Assembly: GCF_000981445.1 (NCBI RefSeq)
Contig: NC_027218.1
Location: forward strand, 1,674,001-1,738,000
Reading direction: 5' to 3'
DNA from: Babesia bigemina
Taxonomy: Eukaryota
DNA length: 64,000 nucleotides
In this document: positions 57,754 to 64,000 of the stretch, in pieces
How positions within the stretch are numbered: position 1 is the stretch's first letter
Layout: every line of letters begins with the position of its first letter
Translations under genes and position numbers: made by a program
The notes under the pieces: generated by a model
Database searches by the model: none
Seen by the model: only the letters and a program-made list of their open reading frames with translations
Told to the model about the DNA's origin: nothing

Positions 57754-57805
57754 GCACTCCTAGGAACCACTTTAATTACTTTTACGCAAAGCCGCGCCCG
57801 CAACG

Positions 57806-59728
57806 ATGCCGAAAAACAAAACCGAGGCGAAGGCGAAGCTCGCCGCCGCCAAGCGGGAGGCGCAGGAGCGGAAGGCTCGCAAAAAGCTGCTCAAGGGCAC
57901 CAAGGAGAAGGACATCAGCCAGATTATCAAGCGGTTCCGCTACAGCCACGACACGGCGGACAAGGGCAAACTGGTCGACGTCGAAGGTGTGCGACCCGGC
58001 CCGCGGGCCAGTGCCACGTTCACTCCGATGCAAAAGTAAGCCCCGAACGCGCAAGGGCGTAACCTTCCGGCAGCGATATCGCAATTCTCTTCGGTGGCGA
58101 GTTCTACGACGGGATCCAGGTGGAGGTCTACAACGACACCTTTTTCTACAATGCGTCGAAGCACGAGTGGCGGATGCTGCAGACGACGGCCAAGCCGCCC
58201 CCGAGGTGCTCCCACCAGGCGACTGTGTTCAAGTAAGAAGCGCGTTAAAACGAAACAAAAGGCGCAGCAACTACCTCTACATCTTCGGCGGGGAGTACAC
58301 CACGCTGGACCAGTTCCACCACTTCAACGACATGCACCGGCTGTGCCTCAAAACCCTGAAGTGGGAGCCCGTGGAGGTCACCGGGACCGTGCCTGCGCCC
58401 AGGAGCGGCCACAGGATGGTGAGTTAACGGTTGGCACGACCCCATAGAGCGCAGGTCACCTGGAACGGGTACTGGGTGCTCTTCGGCGGGTTCCACGACA
58501 CCACCAGGGAGGCCACCTACTACAACGACCTGTACCTCTTCTCTTTCAAGACCTCCGAGTGGAAGCGCGTGTGCCAGCAGAGGTACTCTGGTGCCATCCC
58601 GGAGCCCAGGGCGGCCTGCCTTATGCTGGCGCCTAGGAATTGTAAGTCGTGATGCATGACCCACCCAGGTGGCACCACGTCCGCTCCGACCGTGCTGTGT
58701 AGTACCCAGGATGTACCATGGTGGCGCCGTGTGCCACTCTCACACGATTAGATGCGAATTTGCACAAATCACCACCCTCATCGGATGCAGCCAACAAGGT
58801 CCTGGTCTTCGGCGGGTTCACCAAGACGAAGGACACCGCCAAGAACGTCGCCGGGAAGTACCACCAGGTACACGCTACATGTGCGTTGCGCGCAAACTGG
58901 GTTCAGGATTCGTGGCTCATCAACATGGACCTGGCGCTCCAGGGGGACGCACTGGTGTGGGAGAAGATCAGCACCAAGGGCAAGCCCACGTACTCCATTG
59001 GTTAGCCGGTGCGTCGGGCGTCACTAACGTGTTTTAGGCTTCGGAGTGGCGAACCACCAAAATGTCGGTCTGGTGGTCGGCGGAGTGTCCGACACGGACT
59101 CCGGGGGCACCTCGCTGAAGTCGGTTTTCTACAACAGCGTGTACACGCTGAACGTCGACCAGAAGTAGGCCACCTAGAGCAAGCAAAGCTGTCATGCGCA
59201 ATTTCAGGAGGTGGTACCCGCTCACCGCGGGTGACAATGCCTCGAATCCGGACAAGCCCGACGCCGAGGCCACGCTGGAAGGTAGGCTGACGGTGTCACG
59301 GCCTGACAGCGCGCAGAAAAAATGAGCAGCGTGTCGCTGGCAGCTAACCCGCCGCCAAGGATGAACCCGCATGCCGTGGTGTGCGGGAACACGCTGTACG
59401 TGTACGGCGGCATCGTCGAGCAGGGATCGGTGGAGGTGACCATGAGTGACATGTGGGTGCTGGACCTCGGCAAAAGGTAAATCGCACTAAAGGCCGACAC
59501 ACGGCGTGCAGGGACGGCTGGAGGTGCATCGACCCCGGGTTCAACTTCAGTGAGGTGTACAAGGGCGAGATGGATATGCAGGAGGACTCGTCCTCGGACG
59601 AGGAGCCAAGCAACTCGGCGGAAGATGACGACGATGAGGAGGAGGACGGCGACGAGGAAGATGACAGCGATGATGAGGAGATGCTTACGGACGAAGACGG
59701 CAGCGATCAGGACGCCGACAACGCATAG
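57806..59728 (+). CDS. KLHDC4: Kelch-repeat protein, KLHDC4/Kel3-like (many short introns)
   Basis: Basic N-terminus, [23 protein letters not shown]...[22 protein letters not shown] and an acidic tail. Confidence 0.85.
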
Positions 59729-60162
59729 TGTGCTGTGCGACGCACGTGCGCGCGCCACAGGCCGAAACACGGGCAAACCAATAAGACACGCCACAGTTTC
59801 GCACCTAAAAAGTTGTCTTACGTGGATGCGCTCGTTGAGGTGACACTGCGGGGCCTACACACAGCGACCTTACGCACCCAGACAACAGCGTTGCGTAAAC
59901 GCGTTGAACGCACTGAACAACCGGGGTGCCTTATCGTGTCTGCTGCTGAAATGATGAGACGCTGGTTTCCGGTGGTTACCGCAGCGAATGCCGCGTAAAA
60001 CGTTGGCGGGGCACGAGGAGCGCTTCCGCCGCTGACGCCCTCTTTTCTGGACGACGGAACCCCCCAACTACACCATTCACTCACATTCACTTGTTCCGTC
60101 GTAGGCTACTTGCAAAACACCGAACCCTTTGCATATCCACCTCTTCACCTTAATCAACGAAA

Positions 60163-61692
60163 ATGGAATCCGCCTTTGACGTGTGTGCCGGAGGCATCTC
60201 CCAACTGTCCGAGATCACTCTCGACAAAATCAGCAGGAAGATCACCGCCGCCGACATCAAGAACAAGCGTACGCATATCGTCTGCACCATGGGACCCTCC
60301 GTCAAAACCGCTGAAACCGTGGTCGCCCTCATCGACGCCGGCCTGAACGTCTGCCGCTTCAACTTCTCGCACGGCGACCACCAGTCGCAGAAGGAGATGC
60401 TCATGAAGGTCCAGAGCGCCATGGAGCAGCGCCCGCACGCCAACGTGGGACTCATGCTCGACACCAAGGGACCTGAGATCAGGACCGGTTTCCTCAAGGA
60501 GCACAAGGCCATCAACCTCGTGCACGGCCAGTCCCTCAAGATCACCACCGACTACACCTACGAGGGCGACAGCGAGTGCATCGCGTGCTCCTACCCCAAG
60601 CTGACGGAGTCCGTCCAGGTCGGCAGCAGGATCCTCATCGCCGACGGCAGCCTCACCTGCGAGGTCATGGAGAAGTTCAGCGACCACATCGTCGTCAAGG
60701 TACTCAACAACGCCACCATCGGCGAGAAGAAGAACATGAACCTCCCCGGCGTGAAGGTCGACCTCCCCGTCCTCGGCGAGAAGGACATCAACGACATCCA
60801 GCAGTTCGCCGTGCCCAACAACTTCGACTTCATCGCGCTCTCCTTCGCGCAGTCCGCTGACGACATCAGGGAGTGCAGGCGCGTGCTGGGCGAGGCCGGC
60901 AAGCACATCAAGGTCATCCCCAAGATCGAGAACATGGAGGGCCTGCGCAACTTCGACGCCATCCTCGCCGAGGCCGACGGTGTCATGATCGCCAGGGGCG
61001 ACCTCGGTATGGAGATCCCGGTCGAGAAGGTCTGCATCGCGCAGAAGTACATGATCAAGAAGTGCAACGAGGCCTCCAAGCCGGTCATCACCGCCACGCA
61101 GATGCTCGAGTCCATGATCAACAACCCCAGGCCGACCAGGGCCGAGTCCTCCGACGTCGTCAACGCCGTTTTGGACGGCACCGACTGCGTCATGCTGTCC
61201 GGCGAGTCCGCGGGCGGCAAGTACCCCGTGGACTGTGTCGAGATCATGGCCAAGCTCTGCTTCGAGGCCGAGAACTGCATCGCCAACCGCAAGCACTTCG
61301 CCAACGCCATTGCCGCGACCAACAAGAACCTCTCCAAGGAGCAGGCGCTCGCACGCGCCGCCGCGCTGGTCGCCATGGAGATCAACGCCGCCGCCATCCT
61401 CAGCTTCTCCGCTGACGGCAGCCTGACGCACTACATCTCCGGCTGCAAGCCCACCTGCCCCGTGGTCTCCTTCTCCACCGAGCAGCACGTCACCAAGTAC
61501 ATGAGCGTCTGCCGCAACCTCATGGCCAAGAGGCTGCCCGCGTACGGCAACCAGGAGAGCGACATCAACGCCGCCATCGCTTCGGCCAAGGAGATGGGCG
61601 TCGTCGAGCAGGGCGCCATGGTCGTCGTCGCCTACGCCACCGGCTCAGGCGCCCAGGCCGCCGACAACTTCGTGCGCGTCGTCTCGGCTTGA
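60163..61692 (+). CDS. PYK: Pyruvate kinase (cytosolic type)
   Basis: [52 protein letters not shown] and PRPTRAE. Extreme GC3 bias. Confidence 0.97.
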   Translation: MESAFDVCAGGISQLSEITLDKISRKITAADIKNKRTHIVCTMGPSVKTAETVVALIDAGLNVCRFNFSHGDHQSQKEMLMKVQSAMEQRPHANVGLMLDTKGPEIRTGFLKEHKAINLVHGQSLKITTDYTYEGDSECIACSYPKLTESVQVGSRILIADGSLTCEVMEKFSDHIVVKVLNNATIGEKKNMNLPGVKVDLPVLGEKDINDIQQFAVPNNFDFIALSFAQSADDIRECRRVLGEAGKHIKVIPKIENMEGLRNFDAILAEADGVMIARGDLGMEIPVEKVCIAQKYMIKKCNEASKPVITATQMLESMINNPRPTRAESSDVVNAVLDGTDCVMLSGESAGGKYPVDCVEIMAKLCFEAENCIANRKHFANAIAATNKNLSKEQALARAAALVAMEINAAAILSFSADGSLTHYISGCKPTCPVVSFSTEQHVTKYMSVCRNLMAKRLPAYGNQESDINAAIASAKEMGVVEQGAMVVVAYATGSGAQAADNFVRVVSA

Positions 61693-61863
61693 GCGCTGCC
61701 CGGGGCTGATATGTCGTGGTACACATTCAGGGATCGCCGCTCCCCATAGAGCCGCACTCTCACATCGAGAACCGTGAACAATTTTCGTACACACGCGACA
61801 CACACACAATTCGTAACGTGCTGGTGGCGCAGAAATGGCACTGCTGTGCTTCTGCGGGTTCAG

Positions 61864-62755
61864 ATGAGAATCAGCCTGAGCAGGCTTGCAGACGCAAGGG
61901 CGCTCACGGAACACTGCGGGTGGAAGCTGCAGGTCGCACTCTGCGTAGACCGGCAGCCGACGCAGTTTGCGGAATTCGCGGCAGACAGGGCGTTCCGTGA
62001 GTTCGCGGAGGCCTGGAGGCGCTCCACACTCACCCAGCTCAACGTCCCGAAGCTCTCGACCATTGAGAGCAAAATCACGCACAAAATTACGCCTTCCAAG
62101 GAACGGAAGCCCGCTTCCACGAATACGGAAACCGAAGCCGCCGTGGAAGTCACGGAGGAACTCGACGAGCTGCTTGCTAGGGAGATTGCGTTCCGACCGA
62201 CCAGGAGGCGGACGCAGAAGGGGCAGCTGGAGACCAAGCAGGTCGAGAAGGTCAACGTCGACGGAGACCTGAGGAACGTGGAGAGGCTTGCGCAGCACTG
62301 GCTGTTCCTCGCGCTCAAACACAGGCTGCACGGGTGGATGCTCCCAACCGCCGACCTGTACCACGGGGACGGCCTTAGACAAGTTAGTACGCGCGGCTGA
62401 AACACAAATTGCGGCAGACGCTACAACGGCTGTGCGCCGAGCAGCTCGGTGAGAGCTATACTCCCTATTTTATCGGGTACGCGCCTTTCTTCCACCGGAC
62501 CCTCCCGGTCCCGCAAGTTGGCGTGGAGTCCGAGATAAAGGGCAACAAGGTACGCGAACGCAGCGAACGCGATTGATTAGAGTGGCGCAGATATTCTACT
62601 TCCGCGCGCGGCACGTGCCCGGGACGGCGCTAGACATACGGCCGCAGACGACCGACATCGTCGACCACGCGTGGTGCACCGTACACGAGCTCCACGACAA
62701 GCTCAACGATCGCAAACTCGTTCAGGCACTACCGCTCGTGCAACATGGCGAATAG
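61864..62755 (+). CDS. MRPL46: Mitochondrial ribosomal protein mL46-like (introns 62383-62417, 62550-62590)
   Basis: The spliced product has D.RNVER....LFL...W.LP....GLRQTLQR...IGYAP...GNKIFYFRA...DHAWCT..EL, the Nudix-like pattern of mL46. The start is uncertain. Confidence 0.7.
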
Positions 62756-64000
62756 CAGCAAGAGCAAGACGAACAGCGAGGCGCCCAGGGTGGTCGCATG
62801 CGCGGCTGACCCCTGCTACCGTGCCCTGATTTACGTGCTCGCGTTCGTCCTCGCGCACTTCGCGGTGCTGTACAAGACGCGATTCGACGTTAACGCGATA
62901 GCTAGGCGATCGGTGCTGGTGAACCTGCTGCACATGACAGAGAGCAGCTGGGCAGTCGGGCTCTTCGTCCTTCAGGCAGGACTCGGGTTCCTGTCGCTCT
63001 GCGTGTACGCGTCCAGGTTCGTCGCCGCGGGATCGCCGCTGCCGTTCATTCTCCACGAGCACACCGATCTGGTCGGCCACACCGCCGTCGTGACTGGTAC
63101 GCGTAGCACACGGCCGTGACACATGTCCGCAGGCGGCACAAGCGGCGTCGGCAGGGAGACGGCCTTGCAGCTGCTGCTGTGGAGGTGCAAGGTCGTGATC
63201 ATCGGGCGCGACAAAACCAAGGGCGCGAACGCCGTGGAATACCTCCGGCAAAAGGCCAAAGTGGGATTGTAAGCGGTGCATCCACGTGCCCTAACAGCGC
63301 TCAGTGAGATGATCCAGTACGTGGAGATGGACCTCAACGACAAGAAGTCAATCGCCACGGCCGCGGCGGAGATCCTGCGCACCAACGCCTCGATAGACTT
63401 CCTCATCAACAACGCCGGCGTCGCCCAGGAGGCCACCATGAACGCGCACAAGATGGAGTCCATGTTCGCGGCCAACTTCCTCGGGCACTTCTACTTCACC
63501 AAGCTGCTCATGGGCGCGCTCAAGAGGGACAAGGCGCGGATCATCAACGTGTCCAGCCTGGCGCACTACTGCTACAACCCGAACGACGACCCGCTCCTCA
63601 AGGGCGGGCACACCATGCAGCTCCCCCGGAACGCCAACGCCCAAACCTACTACGCCAGGTCGAAGCTCTTCAACATCTGGCACGCGCAGGCGCTGCAGCG
63701 GCGGTTCGACAAGCTGGAGAAGGAGCACAGGGGGGTAGTGTGCTTCTCAGCGGCGCCGGGCATCGTGGCCACGCCGCTGCTGGAGAGCTACACGCGGCGG
63801 ATCCTGGCGCCGGTCCTCAGGGCCGTCGTCTGGTGCTTCACCAAGACGCCCAGGGATGGCGCCAACACGATACTGTGAGTCCCAAACCATCCACGCTGTA
63901 TGCGCCGCAGGTACCTCTGCTCCGCCCCGCTGGAGGAGCTCACCCCGGGAGGGTACTACTACGAGTGCAAGCTCGGGTACGTGAGCAAGCACGCGCAGGA
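62745..64000 (+). CDS. Membrane-anchored short-chain dehydrogenase/reductase (RDH12/WWOX-like), truncated by the window end
   Basis: TG|GTSGVG (TGxxxGxG), LINNAG, ANFLGHF, NVSSLAH, YARSK (YxxxK) and PGIVAT, with N-terminal TM segments. Confidence 0.88.

Noticed and set aside
60154..61488. 444-aa antisense ORF over pyruvate kinase, and similar ones over BiP, SNF2, RRP1 and the ankyrin gene
   Set aside because: Expected shadow of strong GC3 codon bias, which removes antisense stops. No recognisable motifs.
1..64000. CRISPR arrays, transposons, rRNA or tRNA genes
   Set aside because: No repeat-spacer arrays, transposase or reverse-transcriptase motifs, or structural RNA signatures were seen by eye.

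Overview
Eukaryotic, gene-dense piroplasm DNA, most likely a Babesia sensu stricto species. This is inferred from the short 35-45 nt GT-AG introns, a VESA-like gene and two 6-Cys genes. The ends of the window (about 1-10.3 kb and 42.8-64 kb) hold GC3-rich housekeeping genes: BiP, CK2 alpha, succinyl-CoA ligase alpha, RtcB, a PHD/SNF2 remodeler, an HBS1-like GTPase, RRP1/Nop52, NFU1, an F-box/LRR/ankyrin protein, KLHDC4, pyruvate kinase, mL46 and an SDR. Between them lies an AT-richer region shaped by duplication, with two main parts. (i) A tandemly duplicated surface-antigen cassette: a 6-Cys gene plus a helical secreted or GPI-anchored gene, with a VESA-like gene carrying a Lys-rich repeat in the first unit. 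(ii) The most unusual element, an array of four PIG-L (GlcNAc-PI de-N-acetylase) paralogs plus a near-identical orphan copy of the catalytic core. Only one full paralog keeps the canonical HPDD/HxxH catalytic motifs. The other three are intact ORFs with substituted active sites, suggesting a family of GPI-pathway pseudoenzymes. All gene models and family calls were made by eye from motifs, without database searches.
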